Below, piece by piece: positions 53,609 to 64,000 of a stretch of DNA of 64,000 nucleotides. The stretch spans positions 110,443 to 174,442 of the forward strand of contig JBBQHP010000002.1 of assembly GCA_038324085.1 (NCBI GenBank), given 5' to 3'. Both the position numbers and the translations under genes were made by a program. This DNA comes from Burkholderiales bacterium (lineage in GTDB: Bacteria > Pseudomonadota > Gammaproteobacteria > Burkholderiales > Ga0077523). A model generated the notes under the pieces. It did not search any database. It was not told the DNA's origin and worked only from the letters and a program-made list of their open reading frames with translations. The first letter of the stretch is position 1; each line of letters opens with the position of its first letter.

Positions 53609-54121
53609 ATGGAACGCATTTCGGCGCTGATGGATGGTGAGCTGGAAGCTGGGGACGCACTCGTCGAACTCGGGCGAATCAAGAGCGATGAGAACCTGCT
53701 GCAGGAGTGGGAAACCTATCATTTGATCGGCGATGTCCTGCGCAAGGACGGCGTCGTCGCCGCTCGCTTCTGCGACCGATTCAGGGAGACGCTGGGGAAG
53801 GAGCCGACGATCCTCGCGCCTCGTCCGAGCGTGGTGGCCCCGCGCAAGGTTCGTCTGTACGCGCTCTCCGCTGCCGCGTCGCTCGCCGGGGTTGCAGCCG
53901 TCGCATGGCTTGCATTCATGAATCAACCCGCGCCACTGCACGACATCCCGGAACAGACCGCGCAGGGGCCGGGCCAGGGAACAGTAATCGTCGACACGGA
54001 CCCGACTCCGTCGGTCGACGAATACTTGCTCGCGCAACATCATGCCATCGCGCCGGTAGCGGCCTTTCCCGGTGTCGCTCCATACCTCCAGAACGTCGAC
54101 CTGCGGGCGTCCGCGAAATGA
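53609..54121 (+). CDS. rseA: Anti-sigma-E factor RseA/MucA-like
   Basis: ATG 2 nt after the rpoE stop. The N-terminus MERISALMDGELE...W..YHLIGDVLR is the RseA_N signature. One central TM segment. Confidence 0.75.
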   Translation: MERISALMDGELEAGDALVELGRIKSDENLLQEWETYHLIGDVLRKDGVVAARFCDRFRETLGKEPTILAPRPSVVAPRKVRLYALSAAASLAGVAAVAWLAFMNQPAPLHDIPEQTAQGPGQGTVIVDTDPTPSVDEYLLAQHHAIAPVAAFPGVAPYLQNVDLRASAK

Positions 54122-54125
54122 CCCG

Positions 54126-55109
54126 ATGAGAGCAGTGCGTTGGGGCTGGATCGGCGGCCTGGTCGTCGGAGCGGCACTGGCCGCCGGCGCCCGGGCCGGT
54201 GAACTGTCCCAGACCGAGGCGCTGGATTGGCTGCAGCGGATCGCTGCGGCAGCCCGCACGTTGAACTACGAGGGCACCTTCGTCTATCAGCACGGCGATT
54301 CGGTGGAGACCTCACGGATCACCCACATGGCGGACGGCGGGACCGAGCACGAAAAGCTCACCACGCTCGATGGTCCGCCGCGGGAAGTCATCCGCAACGA
54401 CGACGAGGTACTGTCGTACTATCCGGAGATAAAGACGGTTCGTGCCGAGCACCGTGGCCCCGGTCGGAGCTTCCCGAACCTGCTTCCGGAACAACTGCAG
54501 ACGATCACCGAGCACTACATCATTCGCAAGATGGAGCTTGAGCGGGTGGCCGGATTCGATGCCCAGACTCTCATGCTGGAGCCGAAGGACAATCTGCGCT
54601 ACGGGCACAAGTTCTGGGCGGCGATCGGAACCGGGCTGCTCCTGCGAGCGCGCATGCTGAATGAGCGCAACCAGGTGGTCGAGCAATTCGCTTTCACGCA
54701 GCTCAACATCGTGGCCAAGCTCGCTCTGGACGACGTGAAGTCGACATACGCGTCCGAGCAGGCGAAATGGAAAGTCGACCGCATCTCGAGCAATGCGCAG
54801 ATCGACTCCGGATGGGAGATCAAGAACCAGCCGCCGGGGTTCCGCAAGGTCATGGAGATGCGCCGGTCCAAACAGAGCGGCGGACCGCGCTCACTGACGC
54901 ACATCGTATTGACGGACGGGCTCGCGGCCGTCTCGGTCTTCATCGAACCCGGCCCCATGAAACAGCCGGTGAGCGAGGGCGCCGCCCAGCACGGCGCCAT
55001 CAACATCTTCACTCGGATGGTCGGGGATCACCGCGTGACGGTGCTGGGAGAGACCCCTGCCGCCACGGTCAGGTTGATCGCCGATTCCATTTCGCTGAAG
55101 GCGAAGTAG
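54126..55109 (+). CDS. rseB: Sigma-E regulatory protein RseB/MucB
   Basis: ATG at 54126. Signal peptide, then LQRIAAAARTLNYEGTFVYQHGD, typical of MucB/RseB. Confidence 0.85.
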   Translation: MRAVRWGWIGGLVVGAALAAGARAGELSQTEALDWLQRIAAAARTLNYEGTFVYQHGDSVETSRITHMADGGTEHEKLTTLDGPPREVIRNDDEVLSYYPEIKTVRAEHRGPGRSFPNLLPEQLQTITEHYIIRKMELERVAGFDAQTLMLEPKDNLRYGHKFWAAIGTGLLLRARMLNERNQVVEQFAFTQLNIVAKLALDDVKSTYASEQAKWKVDRISSNAQIDSGWEIKNQPPGFRKVMEMRRSKQSGGPRSLTHIVLTDGLAAVSVFIEPGPMKQPVSEGAAQHGAINIFTRMVGDHRVTVLGETPAATVRLIADSISLKAK

Positions 55110-55166
55110 CTGCAGGCGGCTCAGACCAGTGCAGATCATGCCCTTTCACAAGCCAGGAAACCAAAC

Positions 55167-56576
55167 ATGATGCGTCGAGCCTTCGGGATCGCTTTAGTCG
55201 CGGTGTCGCTCTGCATGCCGGCGATGGCGGCAGATCTGCCGGACTTCACCGAGCTGGTCGAACAGCAGGGCCCGGCAGTAGTGAACATCAGCACGACGTC
55301 CACCAAGGCGATGGCGCAAGCGCCGGGACAAGGCCCTGGCCAGGGGCCGGGGGGCCAGGAGGACGATCCGTTCTTCGATTTCTTCCGCCGCTACGGCCCG
55401 CCAGGACAGCAGCCGCGCGAGCAGGATACGCGCTCGCTGGGTTCCGGCTTCATCATCAGCTCCGACGGCTACATCATGACCAATGCGCATGTGGTCGAAG
55501 CCGGCGACGACATCACCGTGCGGCTCACCGACAAACGTGAATTCACCGCCAAGCTCATCGGCGTGGACAAGCGAACGGACGTGGCCATCGTCAAGATCGA
55601 GGCGTCCAATCTGCCGAAAGTAAACATCGGCGACGCCAACAAGTTGAAGGTCGGAGAATGGGTGCTTGCGATCGGATCACCCTTCGGCTTCGACAACACG
55701 GTGACGGCCGGCATCGTCAGCGCAAAAGGCCGCTCGTTGCCGCAGGAGAATTTCACGCCGTTCATTCAGACCGATGTCGCGATCAATCCGGGCAACTCTG
55801 GCGGACCCCTGTTCAATCTGAAAGGCGAAGTCGTCGGCATCAATTCCCAGATCTACAGCCGCACCGGCGGATTCATGGGGCTGTCGTTCGCCATACCGAT
55901 CGACGTCGCGATGGACATCGCCAATCAGCTGCGCAGCACCGGCAAGGTGACGCGCGGCCGCATCGGGGTCGTGATCCAGGAAGTCACGAAGGAGCTCGCG
56001 GAGTCGTTCGGAATGCAGAAACCGTTAGGTGCCCTGGTCAACTCGGTGGAGAAAAACGGTCCTGCGGACAAGGCCGGGGTCGAACAAAGCGACATCATTC
56101 TCAAGTTCGAAGGCAAGGCGGTGAACAGTTCCGCGGATCTGCCACGTTTCGTCGCCGCCACCCGCCCGGGGTCCAAGGCGACGATGCAGGTCTGGCGCAA
56201 GGGTGCCATGAAGGACCTGACGGTCACGGTCGGTGAGTTGCAGGACGACAAACGGGTCGAACGTCCGGCGCGCAAGGCCGTCAAACCCGGTGATGCAGTT
56301 GCCAAGCTCGGAATGACCCTGTCGGAACTGACTGCCGACCAGCGCAAGGAGCTGGGCATCAACAGCGGGCTGCTGGTCGAGGATGCCCAAGGCAACGCTG
56401 CCCGGGCTGGCATCCGTCGCGGAGACATCCTGATGGCGATAAACAATCAGGACGTGAAGTCGCTCGAACAACTGAATCAGATCATCGGCCAGTTCGAGAA
56501 GTCGCGCAGCGTGGCCCTGTTGATCCGGCGCGGCGATTCATCGCTCTACATTCCGCTGCGCCTGAACGGGAACTGA
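55167..56576 (+). CDS. Do/DegQ/MucD family periplasmic serine endoprotease with two PDZ domains
   Basis: Signal peptide and catalytic triad context (TNAHVV, DVAIVK, GNSGGPL), followed by two PDZ-like regions. Confidence 0.92.
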   Translation: MMRRAFGIALVAVSLCMPAMAADLPDFTELVEQQGPAVVNISTTSTKAMAQAPGQGPGQGPGGQEDDPFFDFFRRYGPPGQQPREQDTRSLGSGFIISSDGYIMTNAHVVEAGDDITVRLTDKREFTAKLIGVDKRTDVAIVKIEASNLPKVNIGDANKLKVGEWVLAIGSPFGFDNTVTAGIVSAKGRSLPQENFTPFIQTDVAINPGNSGGPLFNLKGEVVGINSQIYSRTGGFMGLSFAIPIDVAMDIANQLRSTGKVTRGRIGVVIQEVTKELAESFGMQKPLGALVNSVEKNGPADKAGVEQSDIILKFEGKAVNSSADLPRFVAATRPGSKATMQVWRKGAMKDLTVTVGELQDDKRVERPARKAVKPGDAVAKLGMTLSELTADQRKELGINSGLLVEDAQGNAARAGIRRGDILMAINNQDVKSLEQLNQIIGQFEKSRSVALLIRRGDSSLYIPLRLNGN

Positions 56577-56662
56577 AGCACGTTCCGGCCTCGGCCACCG
56601 TCACCGGGGCGAGCGAATACGCTAGAATCGCGGCTTCGCTCGCACACCTCGAGCACCTCGAG

Positions 56663-56687
56663 AAAGGGGCACTTCGGTGCCCCTTTT
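56663..56687 (+). terminator. Strong rho-independent terminator hairpin (AAAGGGGCAC-TTCG-GTGCCCCTTT + T) ending 5 nt before the lepA ATG
   Basis: Perfect 10-bp stem, TTCG tetraloop and a T-run, all read directly from the sequence. Confidence 0.65.
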
Positions 56688-56691
56688 CGTC

Positions 56692-58485
56692 ATGCAGCAC
56701 ATCCGCAACTTCTCCATCATCGCGCATATCGACCACGGCAAGTCCACGCTGGCCGATCGCTTCATCCAATTGTGCGGGGGGCTCTCGGACCGCGAAATGG
56801 AAGCTCAGGTCCTGGACTCCATGGACTTGGAGCGCGAGCGCGGCATCACGATCAAGGCCCAGACCGCGGCACTGCGTTATCGAGCGCGCGACGGCCAGGT
56901 CTACCAGCTGAACCTGATCGATACCCCCGGCCACGTGGATTTCTCCTACGAGGTGTCGCGCTCGCTGGCCGCCTGCGAAGGCGCACTGCTCGTCGTCGAT
57001 GCGTCCCAGGGCGTCGAGGCTCAGACGGTGGCGAACTGCTACACGGCGATCGAACAAGGGGTAGATGTCGTCCCGGTCCTCAACAAGATCGATCTGCCTT
57101 CAGCCGAACCCGAGCGGGTGATGGAAGAGATCGAGGACATCATCGGGATCCCTGCCCATGATGCGCTGCTCGCGAGCGCCAAGACCGGGGTCGGCGTCGA
57201 GGACATTCTGGACGCGGTCATCGCGCGCATCCCACCGCCCCAAGGCGATCCGTCAGGTCCGCTGAAGGCGCTGATCATCGATTCATGGTTCGACAATTAC
57301 GTGGGCGTCGTGATGCTGGTCCGGGTTTTCGACGGTGCCGTTAAGCCGAAGGACCAATTGCTCCTCATGGCGAGCCGGGCAATCCACGGTTGCGAGCACG
57401 TGGGTGTATTCACCCCGAAGGCGCGCGACACCGAATCCCTCTCCGCCGGCGAAGTGGGCTTCATCATCGCCGGCATCAAGGAACTGAAGGATGCCAAGGT
57501 CGGCGATACGATCACGCTCTTGAACCGACCGGCGGTCGAACCCCTGCCCGGATTCAAGGAGATCAAGCCGCAGGTGTTCGCCGGCCTCTATCCCGTGGAG
57601 TCGAACGAATACGAAGCGCTGCGCGATGCCCTCGAAAAGCTGCACTTGAACGATTCGTCGCTGCGCTACGAACCCGAGACCTCCCAGGCGCTCGGCTTCG
57701 GTTTCCGTTGTGGCTTCCTCGGTTTGCTGCACATGGACATCGTGCAGGAGCGCCTCGAGCGGGAATACGGGATGAACCTCATTACGACCGCGCCGACCGT
57801 CGTCTACCAGGTGCTGATGCGCGACGGCGCCGTGCTCGAGGTCGAGAATCCGTCGCGTCTTCCGGAAGCGTCGAAGATCGAGGAGATCCGCGAGCCGATC
57901 ATCACCGCGACGATTCTCGTGCCGCAGGATTACGTGGGCCCCGTCATCACGCTGTGCAACCAGAAGCGCGGTGCCCAACGCAACCTTCAGTACATGGGGC
58001 GGCAGGTGATGCTGACCTACGACATTCCGCTCAACGAGGTCGTCATGGATTTCTTCGACAAATTGAAATCCACGAGCCGAGGCTACGCGTCTCTCGATTA
58101 TGATTTCAAGGAGTTCCGCGCCGATGACCTGGTTAAGCTCGATATCCTCATCAACAGCGAAAAGGTGGATGCGCTGTCGCTGATCGTGCATCGCTCCAGC
58201 TCGCAGCATCGCGGTCGCGAACTCGCCGCAAAGATGCGCGAACTGATCCCGCGCCAGATGTTCGACGTCGCCGTCCAGGCTGCTATCGGCGCCCACATCA
58301 TCGCGCGCGAAACCATCAAGGCGCTGCGCAAGAACGTGCTCGCAAAATGCTACGGCGGCGACATTTCCCGCAAGAAGAAGCTGCTCGAAAAACAAAAGGC
58401 CGGCAAGAAACGCATGAAGCAGGTCGGCAACGTCGAGATTCCCCAGGAGGCGTTCCTAGCGATCCTCCAGGTGGAAGGAAAATAA
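56692..58485 (+). CDS. lepA: Elongation factor 4 (LepA)
   Basis: ATG at 56692. [24 protein letters not shown]1 motif, [13 protein letters not shown]. 597 aa. Confidence 0.96.
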   Translation: MQHIRNFSIIAHIDHGKSTLADRFIQLCGGLSDREMEAQVLDSMDLERERGITIKAQTAALRYRARDGQVYQLNLIDTPGHVDFSYEVSRSLAACEGALLVVDASQGVEAQTVANCYTAIEQGVDVVPVLNKIDLPSAEPERVMEEIEDIIGIPAHDALLASAKTGVGVEDILDAVIARIPPPQGDPSGPLKALIIDSWFDNYVGVVMLVRVFDGAVKPKDQLLLMASRAIHGCEHVGVFTPKARDTESLSAGEVGFIIAGIKELKDAKVGDTITLLNRPAVEPLPGFKEIKPQVFAGLYPVESNEYEALRDALEKLHLNDSSLRYEPETSQALGFGFRCGFLGLLHMDIVQERLEREYGMNLITTAPTVVYQVLMRDGAVLEVENPSRLPEASKIEEIREPIITATILVPQDYVGPVITLCNQKRGAQRNLQYMGRQVMLTYDIPLNEVVMDFFDKLKSTSRGYASLDYDFKEFRADDLVKLDILINSEKVDALSLIVHRSSSQHRGRELAAKMRELIPRQMFDVAVQAAIGAHIIARETIKALRKNVLAKCYGGDISRKKKLLEKQKAGKKRMKQVGNVEIPQEAFLAILQVEGK

Positions 58486-58513
58486 CCGAACCCCCGAGGC
58501 ATTCACTTCCTCC

Positions 58514-59317
58514 ATGAACTTCGCACTCATCATGCTGGTGCTGCTCATCGTAACGGGCAGCGTTTGGTTGCTGGACAAGTTTGTTCTGAAATCGCGACGT
58601 CGCCCGGACGCAAAGGAACCGTGGTGGGTGGAATACCCGAAGAGCTTCTTCCCGGTAATCCTCGCGGTGTTCGTGCTGCGTTCATTTCTGGTGGAGCCGT
58701 TCAAGATTCCCTCGGGCTCCATGATCCCGACCCTGATGATCGGGGACTTCATCCTCGTGAACAAGTTCACCTACGGAATCCGCCTGCCTGTGGCCAACGT
58801 GAAGATCGTGGAGATCGGTTCTCCACAGAGGGGCGAGGTCATGGTGTTCCGGTTCCCGGAGAATCCGTCGCTCGACTACATCAAGCGTGTGGTCGGTGTT
58901 CCAGGAGATGACATCGTCTACCATAACAAGCGACTTACGGTGAATGGTGCGCCGGTGGCGGTGGAATCCGAGCAGGACTACAGCTACCTGGAGAGTGGTC
59001 TCAACTACATCAGTGCAAAGCGGTTCCGCGAGCAACTGGGTAGCCATGCCCATTCGATCATCATGAATGCGGATGCACCGCCAGTGCAGATCGCCGGGGT
59101 GCGCCCTTTCCCGTATCGCGAAAACTGCGAATACAATGAAGAGGGATTCAGGTGCAAGGTGCCGGCCGGCCACTACTTCATGATGGGTGACAACCGGGAT
59201 TCGAGCAGCGACAGCCGCTACTGGGGTTTCGTGCCCGACGCCAACATTGTCGGCAAGGCATTCCTGATCTGGTGGAATTTCGGCGATTTCAAACGCATCG
59301 GTACCTGGATCAACTGA
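58514..59317 (+). CDS. lepB: Signal peptidase I
   Basis: FKIPSGSMIPTL (catalytic Ser), YIKRVVGVPGD (catalytic Lys) and GDNRDSSSDSRYWGFVP. Confidence 0.93.
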   Translation: MNFALIMLVLLIVTGSVWLLDKFVLKSRRRPDAKEPWWVEYPKSFFPVILAVFVLRSFLVEPFKIPSGSMIPTLMIGDFILVNKFTYGIRLPVANVKIVEIGSPQRGEVMVFRFPENPSLDYIKRVVGVPGDDIVYHNKRLTVNGAPVAVESEQDYSYLESGLNYISAKRFREQLGSHAHSIIMNADAPPVQIAGVRPFPYRENCEYNEEGFRCKVPAGHYFMMGDNRDSSSDSRYWGFVPDANIVGKAFLIWWNFGDFKRIGTWIN

Positions 59318-59328
59318 TGGGAGTCGGC

Positions 59329-59679
59329 ATGAGAAGACAGCGAGGCTTGAGCCTGCTCGGGCTCATCTTGGTGGGCGGTATCCTGGTTTTCGTGGCCATA
59401 ATCGGCATGAAGCTCGTACCGGCTTACATCGAGTACTTCACCATTCAGCGGACCGTTCGCGAACTGTCGAGAAGTCCTGAGTCCATGACCGTGCGCGACA
59501 TCATGGGGTCCTTCGACAAGCATTCGCAGATCGACGACATTTCATCGATCACGGGCAAGGATCTGGAGATCTCGAAGACCGGCAATTCGGTCACCATCGT
59601 CGCGGCATACCAGAAAAAGGTGCCGCTGTTTGCGAATATCAGCGTGCTGATCGACTTCGAGGCCGTAGGCGGCCGCTGA
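59329..59679 (+). CDS. DUF4845 domain protein (small membrane-anchored protein)
   Basis: MRRQRGLSLLGLILVGGILVFVAIIGMKLVPAYIEYF resembles a pilin-like N-terminal anchor typical of DUF4845. The position between lepB and rnc is conserved in betaproteobacteria (from memory). Start may be 59317. Confidence 0.65.
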   Translation: MRRQRGLSLLGLILVGGILVFVAIIGMKLVPAYIEYFTIQRTVRELSRSPESMTVRDIMGSFDKHSQIDDISSITGKDLEISKTGNSVTIVAAYQKKVPLFANISVLIDFEAVGGR

Positions 59680-59695
59680 GCGCTTGGGCGGGGGA

Positions 59696-60370
59696 ATGCC
59701 GGCAGGCAAAGGGATCAGTGGAGCCCTAGGACACGTCTTCTCGGACACGGGACTGCTGCGGCAGGCGTTGACGCACCGAAGCCACAGCCAGCCGCACAAC
59801 GAAAGACTGGAGTTCGTCGGTGATGCCGTGCTCAACTGTGTGATCGCGCATGAACTCTTTCGACGCTTCCCGACTCTTCCCGAAGGGGATCTGTCGCGTC
59901 TGCGGGCAGGTCTGGTGAATCAGGGATCGCTCGCGGAGCACGCCCAGGCGCTGGGCCTCGGTGAGAGCGTGATGTTGGGTGAGGGCGAAGCGCGCAGCGG
60001 CGGGGCAGGTCGCCCGTCGATCCTCGCCGATACGGTGGAGGCGCTGATCGGGGCCGTATTCATCGACGCCGGGTTCGAACGGGCCGAGTCCATCACATTG
60101 GACGTTTTTCGTGATGCGCTAGCGAGCCTGGACCCAGTTGCCACATCGAAGGATCCGAAGACCCTGCTTCAGGAGCACCTGCAGGCTCGCCGACTGTCCC
60201 TGCCGGTTTATCGCGTGGTCGAAGTGCGGGGCGAGCCCCATCGCCAGGAATTCGAAGTCGAATGCCTGGCGATGGGGCTCGGAATCCGCGCCGTCGGCAC
60301 TGGCTCGAGTCGGCGCGCCGCGGAGCAGGTTGCTGCTCGATTGGCCTACGAGCAGGCGACGCATCAGTGA
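59696..60370 (+). CDS. rnc: Ribonuclease III
   Basis: ATG at 59696. Contains the [12 protein letters not shown] signature and a C-terminal dsRBD ([10 protein letters not shown]). Confidence 0.93.
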   Translation: MPAGKGISGALGHVFSDTGLLRQALTHRSHSQPHNERLEFVGDAVLNCVIAHELFRRFPTLPEGDLSRLRAGLVNQGSLAEHAQALGLGESVMLGEGEARSGGAGRPSILADTVEALIGAVFIDAGFERAESITLDVFRDALASLDPVATSKDPKTLLQEHLQARRLSLPVYRVVEVRGEPHRQEFEVECLAMGLGIRAVGTGSSRRAAEQVAARLAYEQATHQ

Positions 60371-61266
60371 GCGATGCCGACGCGTCGTCTTATCGCGCGG
60401 GATTCGTCGCGATCGTCGGACGCCCGAATGTCGGAAAATCAACGCTGCTCAACCACCTCGTCGGACAGAAGATCAGCATAACGTCGCGGAAACCGCAGAC
60501 CACGCGACATCGGCTGACCGGGATCGTCTCGAAACCCGACGCACAGTTCGTCTTCGTGGATACACCCGGTTTTCAGACTGCGCATGGCGGCGCGCTCAAC
60601 AAGGCGTTGAATCGGGCGGTCACCGACAGTCTCGCGGAGGTGGATGCGATCGTCATGGTCGTGGAAGCCGGGCACTTCAATTCGGGCGACGATGCGGTGC
60701 TGAGGCTGCTTCCGGCAGGCCGGCCGGTGGTTCTCGCAATCAACAAGGTGGACCGGCTCAAGGAGCGCGACGCCCTGTTGCCGTTCATCCAGAAGATCAG
60801 CGAGCGGCGCGATTTCTCCGACATCGTTCCCATCAGCGCCGAGACGGGTGAGCAATGCGAGGACCTCCTCGACGCAATCCGCAAGCATCTGATCGAACAA
60901 GCGGCGTTGTACGACGAGGACCAGATCACGGATCGCAGCGAGCGGTTCCTGGCGGCAGAACTGGTTCGCGAGAAGATATTCCGCCTGACCGGGGACGAAC
61001 TACCGTACGCGGCGAACGTTGTCGTGGAAACCTTCGAGACCGAAGGTGAACACCGTCGCATTCGCTGCCTGATCATCGTCGGACGGGAGAATCACAAGGC
61101 CATGGTGATCGGCGCGGCCGGATCGAAGCTCAAGGAGATCGCGACCGAAGCCCGGCTCGACATGGAGCGTCTGTTCGGCGGCAAGGTATTCCTCGAGTTG
61201 TGGGTGAAAGTCGAGCCTGGTTGGACCGATGATCCCAAGGCCATGCGCAAGTATGGGTACGCCTGA
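60367..61266 (+). CDS. era: GTPase Era
   Basis: GTG overlapping the rnc [17 protein letters not shown] and NKVD G-motifs, plus a KH domain at the C-terminus. Confidence 0.93.
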   Translation: MSDADASSYRAGFVAIVGRPNVGKSTLLNHLVGQKISITSRKPQTTRHRLTGIVSKPDAQFVFVDTPGFQTAHGGALNKALNRAVTDSLAEVDAIVMVVEAGHFNSGDDAVLRLLPAGRPVVLAINKVDRLKERDALLPFIQKISERRDFSDIVPISAETGEQCEDLLDAIRKHLIEQAALYDEDQITDRSERFLAAELVREKIFRLTGDELPYAANVVVETFETEGEHRRIRCLIIVGRENHKAMVIGAAGSKLKEIATEARLDMERLFGGKVFLELWVKVEPGWTDDPKAMRKYGYA

Positions 61267-62032
61267 AGCTAGGGAAGCGCCCGCCGCTCGGCCTTACAGC
61301 CTGGAGGATCGTCGGCGGGAATCGAACCGCCCGACCTTCGTGCTGCACACCTATCCGTGGAAAGAGACGAGTCTCGTCGTGGAACTCCTGACGCGCAGCC
61401 ATGGGCGAATACCCGCTATCGCAAAAGGCGCACGGCGTCCGCATTCTGCTCTGCGCGGCCTGCTGATGGCGTTCCAGCCGTTGCTCGTCACGTGGTCCGG
61501 AAAGGGCGAACTTCGCCTGCTACATTCCGCCGAATGGCAGGGTGGCGTGCCCCAACTCACCGGCGTTTCGCTGCTGTGCGGGTTCTACCTGAACGAACTG
61601 CTGGTCAAGGTGCTCGCCAGGGACGATCCGCACGAGCAGTTGTTCGACACTTACGCCGAGGCGATTCGCGAACTGTCCGCAAGTACGGCTCCGGCCGCGA
61701 TCCTGCGTCGCTTCGAGAAACGGCTTCTCACGGAGCTGGGATACGCCCTCGAGCTCGGCCACGCCGCGGACACGCACGCGCCGGTGAGCGCCGGGGTTCG
61801 CTATCGATACGCTCCCGAGTTGGGACCGATAGAGCGCGCCCAGACCTCGGAAATGCAATCAGGGTTTGAATACGTTCAAGGCAGCACGTTGCTCGACATC
61901 GCACGTGATGACTATTCTGATCCGGTGACCGCTGCGGAGAGCAAACGGCTGCTGCGCTCACTGATACACCATCATTTCGGACAACCGGAACTCCAGACGC
62001 GGCAGCTGATCAAGGATCTGCAGCAGCTGTGA
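61253..62032 (+). CDS. recO: DNA repair protein RecO
   Basis: [24 protein letters not shown] matches the RecO N-terminal OB-fold region. The start is uncertain (61229 or 61253, or a later non-ATG codon). Confidence 0.85.
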   Translation: MGTPEAREAPAARPYSLEDRRRESNRPTFVLHTYPWKETSLVVELLTRSHGRIPAIAKGARRPHSALRGLLMAFQPLLVTWSGKGELRLLHSAEWQGGVPQLTGVSLLCGFYLNELLVKVLARDDPHEQLFDTYAEAIRELSASTAPAAILRRFEKRLLTELGYALELGHAADTHAPVSAGVRYRYAPELGPIERAQTSEMQSGFEYVQGSTLLDIARDDYSDPVTAAESKRLLRSLIHHHFGQPELQTRQLIKDLQQL

Positions 62033-62057
62033 GCGGCTGCGAGCCCCTTCCCAATCC

Positions 62058-62807
62058 ATGACCAGACTCAGCGTCAATCTGAACAAGATCGCTCTCGTGC
62101 GCAATGCGAGGTCGCTCGGAATCCCCAGCGTCACCCGCATGGCGGAAATTGCTCTTGCTGCAGGTGCGCATGGCATCACCGTGCACCCGCGACCAGACAA
62201 TCGCCACATCCGTGTGAGCGACGTAACCGAGCTTTCGAGTCTGTTCGCGCAGCATCCGGGTGCAGAGTTCAATATCGAAGGCAATCCCTTTCACGACGTG
62301 CTCGACCTCGTCATGACCATCCGCCCGGACCAGTTCACTCTGGTACCCGATGCCCCCGGTGCCGCGACCTCCGATCACGGTTGGAATCTCGAACGGGACG
62401 GTGCGAGGCTGGGACCACTCATCGAGAGGGTGAGGTCGGCCGGCGTGCGCGTCAGCTTGTTCATGGATGCGGACGGCCTGGCCGTGGGGCGCGCCGCAGA
62501 TCTGGGCGCGGATCGAATCGAGCTCTATACCGAGCCGTATGCCAGGGACTTCGATACGCCGGCGTTCGCCGGCACGCTGCAACGCTACGTCGATGCCGCT
62601 CGGGCGGCGCAGCGCGTCGGCCTTGGCGTGAATGCGGGCCACGATCTGAACCGCGAGAACCTACCCGCTTTCGTCAAGGCGGTGCCGCAGTTGCTTGAAG
62701 TATCCATCGGCCACGCTTTAACGGCGGACGCTCTCGAATTCGGCATGGCCGCTACCGTCCGCGCCTATCTCACTGCACTGGGCAATGGAGCAGGCATAGA
62801 GCCATGA
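62058..62807 (+). CDS. pdxJ: Pyridoxine 5'-phosphate synthase
   Basis: [28 protein letters not shown] and IGHAL motifs. Confidence 0.94.
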   Translation: MTRLSVNLNKIALVRNARSLGIPSVTRMAEIALAAGAHGITVHPRPDNRHIRVSDVTELSSLFAQHPGAEFNIEGNPFHDVLDLVMTIRPDQFTLVPDAPGAATSDHGWNLERDGARLGPLIERVRSAGVRVSLFMDADGLAVGRAADLGADRIELYTEPYARDFDTPAFAGTLQRYVDAARAAQRVGLGVNAGHDLNRENLPAFVKAVPQLLEVSIGHALTADALEFGMAATVRAYLTALGNGAGIEP

Positions 62808-63193
62808 TCGCAGGCATCGGCGTCGACATCGTTCAGGTAGTCAGGGTGGAGCAGGCCCTGGTGCGCTTCGGCGATCGCTTCGCCCAGCGCGTGCTGGCTC
62901 CATCGGAATGGCCGGAGTTCGAGGCGGCGGCCCGTCCTGCGGCGTTTCTCGCGAAACGATTCGCTGCGAAGGAAGCATTCGGGAAGGCCCTTGGGACCGG
63001 CATTCGAGCGCCCGCGACGTTTCATGCAATCCAGATCGTGCGCGATCCGCTCGGCAAGCCGAGCTTCCGCTTCGGCGCCGAACTCGATTCATGGTTGGCG
63101 CAGCGCGGTGTTGCACGCCACCACCTGTCACTCACGGACGAGCAGATCGCAGCCGTCGCCATGGTCGTCCTGGAGTCGGTGGCCGTGCCTTGA
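62804..63193 (+). CDS. acpS: Holo-[acyl-carrier-protein] synthase
   Basis: [10 protein letters not shown] start, [14 protein letters not shown] motif, ATGA overlap with pdxJ. Confidence 0.9.
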   Translation: MIAGIGVDIVQVVRVEQALVRFGDRFAQRVLAPSEWPEFEAAARPAAFLAKRFAAKEAFGKALGTGIRAPATFHAIQIVRDPLGKPSFRFGAELDSWLAQRGVARHHLSLTDEQIAAVAMVVLESVAVP

Positions 63194-64000
63194 GCGGTCT
63201 GCAGGTACAGTGTCCACTCGGTCCGGTGATGCTCGACGTCGCCGGGGTCGAACTGACGCCCGAGGAACGGGAAAGGCTTCTGCATCCGGTGGTGGGCGGG
63301 GTCATCCTCTTTTCCCGCAACTACGCCGATCCAGGTCAAATCTCCCGACTCACAGCGGAGATTCATGGCCTGAGGACACCGTCCCTGCTGATCGCAGTCG
63401 ATCACGAGGGCGGCCGCGTCCAGCGTTTTCGCGATGGATTCACGCGATTGCCACCCATGCGCGAACTCGGCCGGTTGCATGACAGCGACGCTGACGCGGC
63501 CAGGGCGCTCGCGCACTCGATCGGTGCGGTGCTCGCTTTCGAGTTGCGGGGGTGCGGCGTGGATTTCAGCTTCGCTCCTGTACTCGACCTCGACCATGAC
63601 CGCAGCGGCGTCATCGGCAACCGTGCTTTCCACAGCAATCCCCAATGCGTCGGAGAACTTGCCACTGCCCTGGTGGCGGGACTGGCGGAAGGGGGAATGG
63701 GCGCGGTCGGCAAGCATTTTCCGGGACATGGTTATGCGGAGGCTGACTCGCATGTGGACATGCCCGTGGACGCTCGAACCTATGACCAGATCGAGCGCGA
63801 CATGCAACCGTTCGTGCGTCTCGTCACCAACGGTATTCCCGGAATCATGCCTGCTCACGTGCTGTATGCCGCGGTGGACTCGCAGCCAGCCGGCTATTCC
63901 CGCTTCTGGCTCAAGACCGTATTGCGTGAACGACTCGGTTTCGACGGGACAATCTTCAGTGACGACCTGACGATGGTCGGAGCACAGGGCGCTGGCGGCA
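63190..64000 (+). CDS. nagZ: Beta-N-acetylhexosaminidase NagZ, 5' portion; runs off the window end
   Basis: Open frame to the window end, so not in the ORF track. [19 protein letters not shown] and KHFPGHG motifs. Start is uncertain (TTG 63190, GTG 63226 or ATG 63229). Confidence 0.85.
   Translation, partial: MSGLQVQCPLGPVMLDVAGVELTPEERERLLHPVVGGVILFSRNYADPGQISRLTAEIHGLRTPSLLIAVDHEGGRVQRFRDGFTRLPPMRELGRLHDSDADAARALAHSIGAVLAFELRGCGVDFSFAPVLDLDHDRSGVIGNRAFHSNPQCVGELATALVAGLAEGGMGAVGKHFPGHGYAEADSHVDMPVDARTYDQIERDMQPFVRLVTNGIPGIMPAHVLYAAVDSQPAGYSRFWLKTVLRERLGFDGTIFSDDLTMVGAQGAGG

Overview
GC-rich window (clearly above 60% GC by eye, not computed). It is densely coding on both strands, and its gene order looks like a betaproteobacterial (Burkholderiales-like) chromosomal core. 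All calls rest on reading the ORF translations for family motifs and on start-codon and RBS context. No database search was run. Content from left to right:
- yciI/yciB, then small redox genes (AhpD/CMD-like, nitroreductase) and a Tat-dependent two-subunit GMC dehydrogenase.
- A large central-carbon supercluster: methylcitrate genes prpB-prpC-prpD-acnA, then mdh, a HutC/GntR regulator, sdhCDAB-sdhE-gltA, sucA-sucB-lpdA-zapE and acuI-prpE.
- A ModE-like regulator divergent from a soluble NAD-linked formate dehydrogenase operon, fdsG-fdsB-fdsA-fdhD-fdsD.
- A DUF3943 beta-barrel-like protein and a periplasmic rhodanese.
- A complete N-type ATPase operon (atpD-C-Q-R-B-E-F-A-G).
- tadA, an SDR, and mtnA translationally coupled to a 499-aa class II aldolase protein with a degenerate SDR tail.
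- GNAT, NRDE, DUF4936, ygfZ and a ygfX-like gene.
- The envelope-stress and housekeeping array rpoE-rseA-rseB-degP, lepA-lepB-DUF4845-rnc-era-recO-pdxJ-acpS-nagZ (nagZ truncated at the window end).

I saw no rRNA, tRNA, CRISPR array, transposase, integrase or phage genes. I found no convincing entirely new multi-gene system. The regions most worth a second look are the N-ATPase locus (its c subunit carries a full Na+-ligand set, three subunits have unusual C-terminal tails, and it has a long leader) and the mtnA-aldolase pair. Many long antisense ORFs in the track are high-GC artefacts.
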